Shown here piece by piece: positions 32,750 to 44,588 of a stretch of 44,588 bases of DNA. The stretch comes from Atractiella rhizophila (lineage: Eukaryota). The notes beneath the pieces are model-generated. The model was not told the DNA's origin and made no database searches. It was given only the letters and a program-made list of their open reading frames with translations. Within the stretch, counting starts at the first letter, position 1, and the number at the start of each line of letters is the position of its first letter. Location: positions 1 to 44,588 of the forward strand of contig MU271560.1 in assembly GCA_021432655.1 (NCBI GenBank), read 5' to 3'. Position numbers and translations under genes: made by a program.

Positions 32750-35032
32750 CGCGTTGAAAAGGGATGATAGATGACGCCGATGATAACTAGACGAGAGCTG
32801 ATACTGATTTGTTGAACGCGGGAAGAGTCTAAGAAATAATATCTGCGGTGGACGCCATTAGCAAGCAGGAGAACCAGTCAGAAGGCACCTAAATGGTGCG
32901 AATTGATAGCGGAGAGAGAAGAAGACGAGAGGAATACGGTGGAGGAGATATCTGAACCATAAATCATCCGCAAGTACGCATGCATAGAAGCAGGCGGAGC
33001 TCGAGAGCATGGGGGAAACTCAGGACAAGAGTTTGTCAGACGCAAGAGCAAAAGGTAGGAAAATCAAGCATGGACAGATCTTCCAGTGCTGAGCGAAGAA
33101 CTTGTAAGGTCTCATGAAGTAATCATGAAGATGTGGAAAGCGTAGTTTGCAATTTGAAAAGGACTAACGGAGAAACAGACTGCAACCAACACACCATCTC
33201 CGACGTCCTTAAGATCATCTATCTTTCTCTTCTTACAATTCAGTTAATGTCAAACGATCCTCAATCCTCCTGCGGCTGCACAATTTCAATTGGAAACCAA
33301 AGGAAAACACTCTACTTCGCCAGGTCTCCATTCTCTCGTTCCTGACTACACGCCGTCGATTCACTCTCCGCAACACTTTTTGTTCCCTATTCGATCAGTG
33401 GGTGTAAACCTATCCCTGAATCTATCCCATTTTTCACTTAAACGCCTCCAATTGAAAAGCCCACGCCAGTGCCAATGTATCTTTACATCACCGTTAACTC
33501 AGATATGCACGAAACCCTTGGAGGTTATGTGTCCGATCGGAGCTTCGCAGGGATATTATTCACTCTTTCAGGGTGCACACTGGATCTTTACAACCTGTTT
33601 TCCGACCGACTTCCCTTGAATGGAAAACTTGCAATCATTTAATTTTGAGGTTACACAGTTGCCTAACATTTCCGACATTCAAGCATGAGACAGGTGGCAA
33701 ATATCCAAAAATTTCATAGTAAATTATTCGAATTTAATCCCCTCATGGACTCTCCAATTGACTACTTAGAAACCACATTCGCAAGCTCCTAAGGTGATGG
33801 CACCGATATTCCTCTAGAAATACACATAGAAGCTGCCTGTAATCCACTCCCTAGACACATAGGTGCAGCTAGGTAAACTCAAGATTGCAAATTGTGCCTC
33901 ATCATCTCAAGTCTTCGATGGCAAGGTTCAAATCGATTCTACTTCCGCACCGTTTTCTGTACAAATCCAAGGAAAAGACTGACTGTTCAAGGAGACAGCA
34001 TGAACGGTCTGCCCTACTCTCCATCAGAACCGTAACCACTCCGTACGCCACGATTTTGAAATAACAAACTTTTTGACTGGAGCGTCGGCGCAGAGCCGCG
34101 GAAACTGCCAACATCAAAAGTTGTCGACCAGTTGCCAGATCGACCCAGTTTGCGTTACCTAGGCTTATTCCCCATTATTCGGCTCCGAGCCGTCCGCTGC
34201 CCGGAGAGATGGATTGCAGCATGCGAGGAGAGCAATACTGAAGCAGCAAGACTGGCAGCAAATTTATGGGTTCAAATCCCATTCCTTGTAAGAAAATGCA
34301 ACATTTATCTTCATTTTAACCACTGCTCCTCAAACGGCGAACATCTGTTCTTGTCTAAGGACGCGAACTTCAGGTCACTCCAGGTGGCATCTACTAGTAC
34401 GAACCGGTGCCGAGGATTTCATGCCCAGAAACACCAGACTTCAATCGAAGATGACAAAGCGAAAAGTGCTGATGGCGAAAGCACGGCATACAATAACGAT
34501 GACACTCACTGGGAGAATATGGGTACATCGACAACAGCGTAACTTCTCGGTCCACACTCCAAGCTTACAGCGCCGTATCCTAAGTGGTCTAATGACCATA
34601 CAAGTTCCTCGCTTCTTTCCTTCCTCGTCGAGACTTCGATTGGCAGCTTGATTGTGTCCAAGAATGCAGAGCCGTAAAAAATCAGGAGGTACATGAGATA
34701 TAAAGCACCTTGCCATCCCCAAACACTCTGTAAGACCTGTCGGATCCAGCAAGGTGAAGAAACAAAAATATGCAAAACCCAGGTTGGGACCACTCGGAGG
34801 AGAAATCACGTGGTGAGGGGAGAAATATATTGACAAGTGGACGGAGCCGCCTCAGTGTGACTCTTGCCCTGCAACTTCCTTATTTGGCTAAAAGATTCAG
34901 ATTCAGATTGGCGAGTGGTCCCGCAGCTCAAGAATACTTTGCAAACACAATGCCGGAACTCAATCACAAAAGAAGCATTTTTTTGTAATTCAATTTACCA
35001 TTCGTACTGTCTGAAATCCAATCATCCATCAT

Positions 35033-36210
35033 TAGGGATGCACAACGTGGCGTGGCGTGGCGTGTGTAGGGGGCGACGTGATCACGTCAAGTGAATGCGG
35101 GCGGGTACGGGGAGACGTGTTCCATTCGCTGAGTCGCACGTCAAAGGTGGCGGTAACGGGCTTGTAGCCGGCAAACGCCTCACGTCTTGTAATAACATGC
35201 AATGTTGACATTACTAGGCTAGATAATGTAAAATAAAGCACATTGAGTGAAGCTGAGAAGTCAAGATGCGAATGTATGTATAAAGAACTTTTCAACCTGC
35301 TCAACTTGAAGTTCCTTTCGCAACGGCAGCCAGGCTTGCCTTTAGTTTCTTTGCCTTTCGATCTCTCTCCAATCATAGCTGAGCCTTAAGAACCACGAGA
35401 GACTGAATAGTGTTGGGCTTGAGGCATGTGCGGCAGATCCCTATCGTATCTCGTGCTCCGCTGAAGATGCATTCCACAGCTACCGAACAGCCTAAAAATG
35501 AATAATCAGCCTCAGAATTGAATAAGAAGACGAATGAAGGAAACCCAAACCAGGAATGGACAGAATATCCCTTGCCATTTGAGACCACTCCTTCAAATCC
35601 GTTTTCTACCCGTGCGATAGATTTCCAGAGGATCCTCCATCCAGACCAGTGGAGGGAGACTAAACCAGATATTTGGTTGCAAGTCCTCATCTTCTTGAAA
35701 CTCCTTCATACGCTGATTAGCCTTCTGCGTAAGTTTTGCTGAATACGAGAGTGTTGCTACCGTTTTGTACTGTCAAGCTGCGATGGAACAAGAGTTGTCG
35801 GAGGAAGATGGTTTGGTTTGCTGCCTTCTATCGACATTTTGGGATCAACACTTGAATGGAGCACTGGAGCGACTGAGGCGAGACTAGTCAGAAGAAGATT
35901 CTGGTCTTAGATTGGACAGGCACCAAGTGCACAAAGGAACCTCTGACTTCTTGTTCTTGATGAGCCAGCCTACCTGGCCTGGTTGATTAAAAGATCCTAC
36001 ATAAATTGCACAGCTATAGAAATCTGGAGCCACGTTAGGAGACGTGTTGGCGTACGAAGACGGGAACACTCCTTCATGTCTGCCGCACGTCTTCCCGTCC
36101 CGTCAAAAATGGGTGCGGTTCGAGACGTGTTTACTGAGCTCCACGCACGCCAAAAAAGACGGGAACGAAGTACGGGTTCCGGACCCGTCACGCCCCGTTG
36201 TGCATCCCTA
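35033..36210 (-). mobile_element. Internally deleted (non-autonomous) hAT transposon, 1178 bp
   Basis: 15-bp TIR TAGGGATGCACAACG / CGTTGTGCATCCCTA; 8-bp duplication CATCCATC (35023-35030 and 36211-36218); empty site at 25909-25916; dimerisation-domain remnant WSQMARDILSIP-intron-SVAVECIFSGARDTIGICRTCLKPNTI at ~35373-35590. Confidence 0.92.
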
Positions 36211-36669
36211 CATCCATCGCAGTTTCACCCGAATTTGGTGACTTCGCATTTATTGAGGTATCATGACGCTACGAAACGCAACATTCGCCAATTCCAACCG
36301 TCGTCTCCCTCAACGAGAGGACTTCGAACAAAGAGACATCTTAGGCTTCGCTAACTTGGGACGACAATAAAACGTACCCTCTTGGCTCTGAGCTTCTATT
36401 TTCCAGTTTTCAGACGATCCCAGGTAAATAGTAGGATTCTCCCAGTCGGGGAGACCGGGTAGACATAGACTCCTTCAGGAGCCAGGAGCCATGGAGATGC
36501 TCAGTTTTTCTAATCAAGAGCTCATTAACAGATGGACGTGCGTCTGGTCAGCACGTACCTTGCATTCTATCCATGTCGAGCAGACTTCGAGCTCAAAGTG
36601 GAACTGTAAGGAGGACTGCCACATCCCAGCTTTCCTTTGAACCACTCTTATATCTCCCAGCGAAGGCCG

Positions 36670-36845
36670 TTTGATCCAGCGTATTCACGAAACTGACAGT
36701 GAACTTACATTTGATCCAGCGTATTTGTGAAAACCCACCGTTTGATCCAACGCACCCATGAAACCGATGCCTTTTGATCCAGCGTATGCGTGAAACCCTC
36801 TATTTGATCCAGCGTTGCGTGAAACCACCATTTTGATCCAGCGTA
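36670..36845 (-). repeat. Array 3 of the CGCTGGATCAAA motif (duplicate of array 2), 6 copies
   Basis: Seen directly. Confidence 0.95.
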
Positions 36846-38129
36846 TTCGCGAAACGGACTGCCGCGTTTGAGTCAGCATGAAACTGACCGTTTAATCTAG
36901 CATGTGTCTCGAACGGTCCTCTTTCCGTGTTGGGGAAGTCTGATCCTTGTGGTTGTTTACTGTTGGTGATGTGGTCTGGTTGGTGTCCAGATCGTGCAGA
37001 AGCCCAATGTGGAGCCAACACATTCACATTCTCGCCTTCCGAAATCCTACAGTGTTCTTCTCCTCACCACCGAACTGTATCACCAGATCAGCGGATGTGA
37101 TCAGGACCTCGAGAATCGCCTGATGCAGATGAAGATGAATTTGTTGTTGAGTCGAGTGTGATGGAAGAGATAATGACCCTTCCTTCTTCCTGCGTCCTAG
37201 TGTCAGTTGAAGGCGTCGGGTTTTCGCGTTGAGAAAATTACGAAGGATTGGCGAGAGTCCAAGCAAGAGGTGCCATTCTTTCAACTTATTTCCCTCTAGC
37301 TCTAATGTCATGCCGGGCCTGCACCTGCTCGATCAAAGGTGGTTGTCTGGAGAAACTCTGGAATTCAGCAGCTTATCTGTCTGACAGACGGCTGATCTAA
37401 CTCACACGCTACTGACAGGATACTCACGGTTCGATGACCTGGCTCATATGTTTCTCAGTTTCAGGTACATAATCTCTTCAACCGTTCCACAATGTCAACA
37501 GCATAATCCTCCATTTTTGGCCATTTCCATGGGTCAAGCTGCCTTCATTGTCGCTGCTACACCAGTGTAATTTCGTTGCTAGAGGGACGAAGCCGCCATT
37601 GCTCAAAGATCACGAAATTGAAGTTGCATCGACTCAAGCATAACCAGTTTATGCCCTTCTATGTGCCTTTCTAATGCTATCCAGCACCCTTTGCAATCTA
37701 GCGTCTCCTGTCTGGCTACAATCAAATAGGCGTCGACGCTAGAACGCGGGATATCACAGAAGATTACAAATATTGGATGAAGGTGTCTCTCTTAAATCAA
37801 GCGAGTACATCACTCACAGAAGCTCTGTTCTCTGTTCACCCTAAGCACATTGGCTCTTTTACCTATTGCATTGCTGCCTGTAATGCTGTACCCTTTCTCA
37901 GGAACGACAGAACTCACATGGGGTTACCCTGCACCTTCCTTTTGTGCCGGTAATCCCCCAACCCCGTCTTTACCTAAGCTGCACCACTAAGCAAGGAAGC
38001 TCTGCCATCATCTTGAAAGTCTTGGTGGATGAGAGTCCTTCCCTCGCTTTGGTGTGATGTTTGGCTACGTTGGCGGTCGTAATTCGCCAGCAGGTTCGGC
38101 AGAAGCGCGAATGTTCTGCGGAGATACTA

Positions 38130-38300
38130 AAAGCTGGGTTCGCGTTCGTATACTTCCAGAAGAACTCTTGGAGGTAGGGATACTTCGAATAATCAGAAAA
38201 TCGCGTGACTTGAAACCAGGCTCGTGAATGGCGGATCAATCGCGCCACGCACAGAAAAGGAGAAGACTCTATTGACGAAACCGAATACCTCAGCGGAAGG
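38130..38300 (-). pseudogene. Fragment of a second FunK1-type kinase
   Basis: VARLIRHSRAWFQVTRFSDYSKYPYLQEFFWKYTNANPA aligns with LARLLCHSRAGFLVTPSFNYVTTPYLREFFWRYTHASNA of the 8196-10438 gene. Confidence 0.75.
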
Positions 38301-38919
38301 AGACTGCTGGAGTGTGGGGTCATGATTCGTTCACTTTCGTGGAGTGAATTTGTGAGGTTGAAGGGATGAGGCAAGTCTTTGTGAAAGGACTTCGAGGTAC
38401 TGGCCAGGTCGTTAGCTGCGTACTATATGCTGAGGCGGCGGAAGACCTTGGCTAGCGCAACATGCCAGGATACCCCGTCATTGAAGCAATTCTGTAAATG
38501 CTCTTCTGGTTGGTGAAGATCAAGCTTCCCCAACAGTTTATAAGTAAACAGAAATAGGACGTCTCGACGATGAGGCATCATTCGTCTGAGCTAGATCAAA
38601 CGGTCATTTATGGATACGTGGCATCAAGGGCACTTCTTGTGGCCACGCTGGTTGGGTTTTGATTGTGATTGTCTAATCAATTACATCAAAGAAGCAAGAC
38701 TTAACTTCTGGTCACCGAAACGCATTCGCATTGCCAGAAATAGCGTTGGGACACGTGCGGTGGTTAAACCCCGTAGCAGCATTTGTGTTCAATCATGCGC
38801 GTTGATCCAAAGTTGCTGTCAGTTCTGCGAAACTCAAGGTCAACGTCTTGGCCCATCCGTTTGATGCCTTGGGCAGGCTGCCTCTAGAATGGCACTCCGA
38901 TTAGACTACTCCGGATGCT

Positions 38920-40472
38920 AGAAAAATTGTCCTTACGTTCAGCCTAATTTCATAGGGGATACCCACTGGCCATATTTCTTCGGAAGATGTCTGATTAGGT
39001 CGGCCTCCAACAATTAGGATAACAATGCTGTATAGGTTCAAGAAATCATTTAGACAGACCATGGAACTTTGATGTTCGACACTTACCCGTATACGTAAAC
39101 GTTCGGGGTAATCAGGAGAACTATGTCCCAACAATCAACACACGGAGAAATAGCGAATGAAGGACATACCGGCGATGTGAAATGTGGTTTCTGGAAAAGA
39201 GAGCAAGAGAACGAGTTCAAGAAGACAAAGGGAAGCGGTGACAACGTTGGTCACGATGGCAAAGTAAATTATCTGGTGCAGTGCGAGCGTCACGCAAGTT
39301 TCCCGCAAGTAGAAAAGACGAACTCGAAAGACGGTGGTGTTGTTGGTCTGGCGGGTCTGTCAATGCAAATCAGAGAGAAGAGGAGACTTACAGATAAATT
39401 GCAGTCACCTCTCGCCAAGCAGTGCTTCCTGAGAGCGAGAACAAAGAAAAAACACAGAATACAGTCGAGTGAAGCCGATAGAGCGAGTTCGACCGAAGCG
39501 CCTTCAATAGGCTCATTACATCATCCATTGGAACAATTATCACTCACTCGGAATCATAGATGGAATCCACTTGTCGCCTTTCCGCAAACTAGTTGATGCC
39601 TTTACCAGAAGAAATAAAGTAAAAGACTGACTTGGCATCGTGATGGAAATATAGCCAGCTGCACGCTTTGCGGTCAAAATTTGGGAAATGTGGCAGAGGG
39701 GAAAGAGGGAAAGAGAACAACGCACTGATAAGTGCCGCCACATAGTGTAAGATCGAGAGAAGGACCGCAGTTATAAGAGCGGCACTCCAAAACGTAATAT
39801 GCTTCGAACCACCTCCCTTCCTGATGGAATGGATTCGACGGGCATAGAGGAGGTGAGAGCTGACAGCGATAAGGGGTCCCGTAACTTGCCTGTACTCATG
39901 ATATCGACGTTGGCGCTTCGATGAGCGAAAGACAAACAGGACTATGATTGAGCGATCTGGCCGACTGAGATAGGCATCGCCCCTTTATAATTCTCAGAAG
40001 ACAGAATGAACAAAAAACCGTACAGGAAACCCAAACTGCCGCACGAGATGGTGTCACGAAGGAACCTTGCGAACCAAACAATCTTTGCAATACTGTATCA
40101 CGATATCATGGCTCTGATTTTCCGGGCCGAATACTACGAACGAGTCACTGATGTCGAGAATGAACAGGATGTACAGCTCGATGGCGATGACGATGTTCTG
40201 TTTCGTGTGCTTTTAGTTCCACCGTACTCATGCTGGAGAGTGAAACGCACTCGTGGAGTTGTGGAGATGATGCGGAAGCAACGGTAAAACTATGTTGTAC
40301 GCAATGAATGTAGGCCGTTAAGAAGAATACACAGCAAACAACAACAACATACCTGAAGGACTCCTATCCCCCAAAGAACAAATGTGACAATCATAGATAC
40401 AATGGTGGGAATTAGAATCTTTCCACAAAAGTTGTCTTCCAAGGAGTCAGGCGGCTGAGTTTCCATTTCCAT
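38920..40472 (-). CDS. Multi-exon integral membrane protein, DUF6534-like, possibly a pseudogene
   Basis: Hydrophobic exons ILIPTIVSMIVTFVLWGIGVLQ/GTATGT, IELYILFILDISDSF, ELALSASLDCILCFFFVLALRK and IIYFAIV follow the layout I recall for this basidiomycete family; exon boundaries and 3' end uncertain. Confidence 0.5.
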
Positions 40473-40565
40473 CCTGGACTCCTCATCGATGTCTGGAATG
40501 GGAGGGCAGCTTACCTTTCCTTCTGCCCTGCTTTATGCTTGAAGCCTTGATATATTGTTGATATT

Positions 40566-40737
40566 TTGGATAAAGCCTACGCTGGATCAAACCTACACTG
40601 GATCAATTTTCCGCTGGATCAAACGTCCGCTGGATCAAACGTACGCTGCCTCAATTTTACGCTGGATCAAATGTTACGCTGGATCAAACATCCCACGGAA
40701 CGCTGGATCAAACATCCCACGGAACGCTGGATCAAAC
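40566..40737 (+). repeat. Array 4 of the CGCTGGATCAAA motif, about 10 copies, 16-24-bp period
   Basis: Seen directly. Confidence 0.95.
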
Positions 40738-41391
40738 GGTCAATCCTGATATCTCCCGCCATCTCCCCGCGGGGTCGGAGCGACTCAATTCTGGCAGTTA
40801 GTCTCACGTCCGCTATCGGGCGTGGCTCGTAGATCTATCCCGACAAGCACATAATCAGCAGCTTATAAACATCAGCGCTATCACCTCGTCTGATGTTCGA
40901 TGTTGAATCTCTGCTCTCCAGCTTGTTTATGTCATCGGCTTGCTGTCCTTCATGACCATCACGGCCGTAGTAGCTTCGTAAATCGACCGGTCTCGAGTAT
41001 GGTAGATTAGCACAGTTCCTCTTTCAGGGTTCCACCAGTTGGAATCGACGGTGGAACATCGCTTCCTTTTCGATGTATTTTCGAAAGCGTCACGTCCATC
41101 GCATTCAGCTGGCCTCAAGAGTCGTACACCCCATTTCACGAATCGGCATGGTTGTGGGTTGAGTAGGAAAGAAACAGTTTGAAAGCCTACCTGGTATTTC
41201 TACCCTCCACTGCGAACGCAGAAGTTACATCGAAAGAGAACCAGGTCCAATATAAACGAGTCAATTCCCTTGTTTGCCGTCGCTTCCTACTGAAAGCACT
41301 GTAATGGTCATTCGCATATCTACTACTGCAACGCTGCGCGGGAGGTGTATCCTGGTTTCACGGCGATTCCGTGGTTAATGCAAGTACGGCG

Positions 41392-41490
41392 TTTGATCCA
41401 GCGCATCCGCATCAAAAATGACTTTTGACCCAGCGTATCCGATCCAACGTATCATGAACTGACTGCTTGATCTAGCGCAGCCACAAGAAT
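41392..41490 (-). repeat. Array 5 of the CGCTGGATCAAA motif (reverse orientation, degenerate), about 4 copies
   Basis: TTTGATCCAGCG, TTTGACCCAGCGT, GATCCAACGT, TTGATCTAGCG. Confidence 0.85.
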
Positions 41491-43198
41491 CTCCGTGTCC
41501 ATAGATTGCGTCATCTCCAACATCTAGTTTCTCAATGTCGAATTACAGAGACTTGAATGCAGTTACATCAAATGTAAGGAGACCTTTACTGCAATGTTGT
41601 GCTAGATGTTGCATTTGCGATTAAAGAGCTTTCTTCGGCTTCGAAGGAGACTCATTGCGAAGACAAAATGCACTCTGCAGCTCCCTGCTCCGTTCATCAG
41701 CACATTCTCTTCAACACATGAAGCCGAATCGACTCGAATGAGTGCATTGATCTTCTCAATTGGGTAAGAGTTGATCGACAGCGTCAAAGGGAGCCATATT
41801 TATCGGATCCATGGTCAAGTTGAAGTTAGATTTTAAGAGCAACGACTGTTGAAGGATTCCATGATCATGTCAGTGGAAGGATGGCGGAGAGTAAGTGGAG
41901 GAAGGCCAGTAGGGGTGTCGTAGTCGTGCAGCTGGCTGTCAAAGTGGCATAGAAAGCTTTAACCAGATTGAGTTTCATTGTGAAAGACAGTGGGTTCTTG
42001 GGAAGCAACCCCTTGTGAATTTTCCACTGGCTTTTGATTGGTGCTGACACTTGGATCACAGCTAGACAGACATTTCAGTTGGAACCAGTTGTGAGCAATT
42101 TAATGTGTACGCCTTTCACTCTTATGCCGTCCTTCCATCGCATCTACCTTCCTGATCAGCTCGACTTGGGGGGTCACACACATTTCACGTTATCCGTAAA
42201 CTGGCCATTAGGCTTCCCCGCAGTCCTGGTTAAGGTTCACTCTAGTCTCTTGGTTCCTCGCTTCGCGGAAAGTCGCATTGACCCCTGGATTTCGCGCTTT
42301 GAAACCAAACGTAATCTCAGATCTTGTTTCGCACCTCCTTCTGCGGAGCTAAAGACCCACTTAGATAATGCATAACAATGAGTACTGCAAAAGCCTCGAA
42401 AAGCTGAATTAGGCTCAGACAGGCTTTTATGAGCATGGGAGCGTGAAAGCCTGATCCAATAGGTTTGATGTTTGATCTGATCCTCAAAGCGTTATTTGCT
42501 TAGTCTGGGCCGCTGTCAATGCGGAAAAGTCCCAAATTCTTGGAATTGTCCGAAACACGGAGGTAGAAGTGGATGAAGACACCACACATAGTTTCAATCA
42601 TCGTTGCTTCCTGGACTGTGTGTATGCTCCGGAACCCAATATTAAGGTTTATTATTGCCTTCATCCATAAAAGTCCCTTCCTCTGCATCACTTCCTCGCT
42701 TCGTCTCTTTCCATATCTGATCATGCAGACAACAAGTGAAGGGAATGACATTTCAAGGGAACGGAAAGCTGATGGGTATGTTTGCCCCTGTAATGAAAAC
42801 AATTCACTCACGCTTGTCTGGAGAAGTGCTGCCTGTGTTGTGCGTCATTAACTGGGTCAGTGCTGAGAATTGATAGTCCAACAACCACAGGAGTGCCGAA
42901 GGACAAAGTATCGGTGTGATAGAGTGTGTACAGTTCTGCAGCTGTGGCGAAGAGGTATGACTGACGCGGTTTACAGCTGACACCCTGTGGTCGCTGTGTT
43001 CTGTAAGCAAACCCTTTTCGACGTGTCCTCAGCCTGAACCAAGTGCAGAAAAGGGCAAGAGAGCTTGTGCCGTCCCAAGCCCCGTACTGTCAGGGGAAGC
43101 CAAAACAGGTTAGATAAAGCAGATTACTGGGAAATGATTGTTTGCGTTCCACATGACTTACTGAGCTCTATTGACGCTATTTTCAGTTAGGTAAATAC

Positions 43199-43750
43199 AT
43201 GCCTAATTTGTCTTTGCCGTTCCTTATCGCCTTGGAAGAATCGAGACGGGATGGAACAGCACGCCAGCGTTGTCAGAATTGTTGGACTTCGAGATGTCCG
43301 AGGTGGAGAAAGGATGAGGATGGAACTGTCTTTTGTAATGCCTGTGGTATGTCGTTGTTCTTGATTAAGCAAGCTTACGGGAGAGTTCTAGCACTCTACT
43401 TCGAGGTGACCTCATGGCTTTCTTGCTGATTGTAATTGACGCGATGGACAGCGACATGGCTCACACCGTATCGTGCAGCCTCCGAAACACCGCGAACGGA
43501 ATACAATCAACTCTCTTTCGCGATCTAAAGCATCCGATGTACGTTCTTCAGTTTTGTCAAGGCGCGCAAGGTAATTCTACTTTTGTCTAGCGCCAGTTGT
43601 GGTGTACTCCATCCATACAACTTCGCGATACCCGCCGAATCTCATCAACCCGTCCCCCTTCCGTTGCTGTGGATGATCATCGTAGCGTCGAAGGATACAA
43701 GCAGTCAAATCGTTCCGGCCCTAGCCAAGAAACCGTACGTGATTCTTAAA
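43199..43750 (+). CDS. GATA-type zinc-finger protein (C-x2-C-x17-C-x2-C), multi-exon; ends uncertain
   Basis: CQNC-WTSRCPRWRKDEDGTVF-CNAC; splicing 43347-43391 and 43406-43451 continues as ALYFERHGSHR, the expected post-finger motif. Confidence 0.85.
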
Positions 43751-44588
43751 CGGTGTTGATCTGGCGAACCGTTTTGAAAGTAATTTACTACAGGATAAAC
43801 AAATAACCGTCTCCTCCCTCGAGCAATCCGCCTCATTGGCTGTGTGTTTCCATCTCTACGCCAAATGACAAGCGAGGTAATACTGCCATGTCTCTAGAAC
43901 CAACCGCCACAGCCTTTGTGCCGACAACCTTACGTTGTTCAACAAATCTCTTCAACTCATTCCTCCTCGGTTCACACTAATGATAAAGGGTGTGAGGGAG
44001 AGGCTAGGGCCGTCCGGGGCCAAGAAATTGTAGGTATCCGTTGAGGATATGGAGCCTGAATCGTATTAAGAGAAGTTTTAGATCAGCGATGATATGCTTG
44101 ATTCTTGCTCACGATCCGTCGCTCACCTGATGTGAGTGGATCACTGGGTGTCTGTTTCTGAATTGAGCATAAACTGCAGGGATGAGAAAGGCATGCTCGA
44201 AGACGCATCGAGACCTGCCCATGCACAGAGTTCTGGTAAGTCCGTGCACTCCTGGCACTCTGAATAAGATGGCTGATCAGGTATGCAGAGTTATACATCA
44301 TGGAGGATAAAATCAAGAAGTTGGAACGAGAAAATTTAAGCTTGAAGACGGCGAATGAGATGCTGTCGAGACCTGTCAAGGAACATGTCGCGGATCACGG
44401 CAAGTCAAGTGGGCGCGATGGACCATGTGGGGATCGTGAGCGGATGTCGTTTAGTGCCTTGTTTACACCCTTTGGATTCGACCCTACTGCGGCAATGGAT
44501 CTACCACGACGACTCGTTGCTCCAATGTCGGCCGTAGGCGACTCTCACCACCCAGTCGTCCCTGCTTCTGTATCCGCCAGTTCGGATT

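Larger units (their letters stand above)
34707..37147 (+). repeat. Segmental duplication, copy B, interrupted by a hAT element and missing ~330 bp relative to copy A
   Basis: Direct comparison with 25599-27186. Confidence 0.95.

Noticed and set aside
42420..42470. GFHA..HAH as a KDZ transposase motif
   Set aside because: Needs a frameshift, and the expected downstream G.G..DGE..ER motif was not found

Overview
Eukaryotic, intron-containing fungal DNA, probably a basidiomycete (short GT-AG introns, FunK1 kinase, DUF6534-like and Fungal_trans-type genes). The window looks like a transposon-rich non-self-recognition island. Its centre is a minus-strand NLR-type gene (20638 to the gap at ~15949): patatin-like domain, a 48-nt stop-containing intron, a STAND NTPase, and at least 14 near-identical 120-bp TPR repeats. 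Two paralogues lie nearby. One is a patatin-only copy (5925-7069) whose glycine-rich loop is encoded backwards by an in-frame 39-bp micro-inversion. The other is a decayed full-architecture copy (30764-32749). All three keep GTSTGG but lack the DGG catalytic-Asp motif. The window also holds a probably damaged FunK1 kinase plus a second fragment, a PD-(D/E)xK nuclease-like gene, a fungal-specific transcription factor, a GATA zinc-finger gene, two hAT remnants, a local segmental duplication, five arrays of a CGCTGGATCAAA motif and a ~5-kb TpA-rich degenerate block. All calls come from reading motifs by eye; no searches were run.
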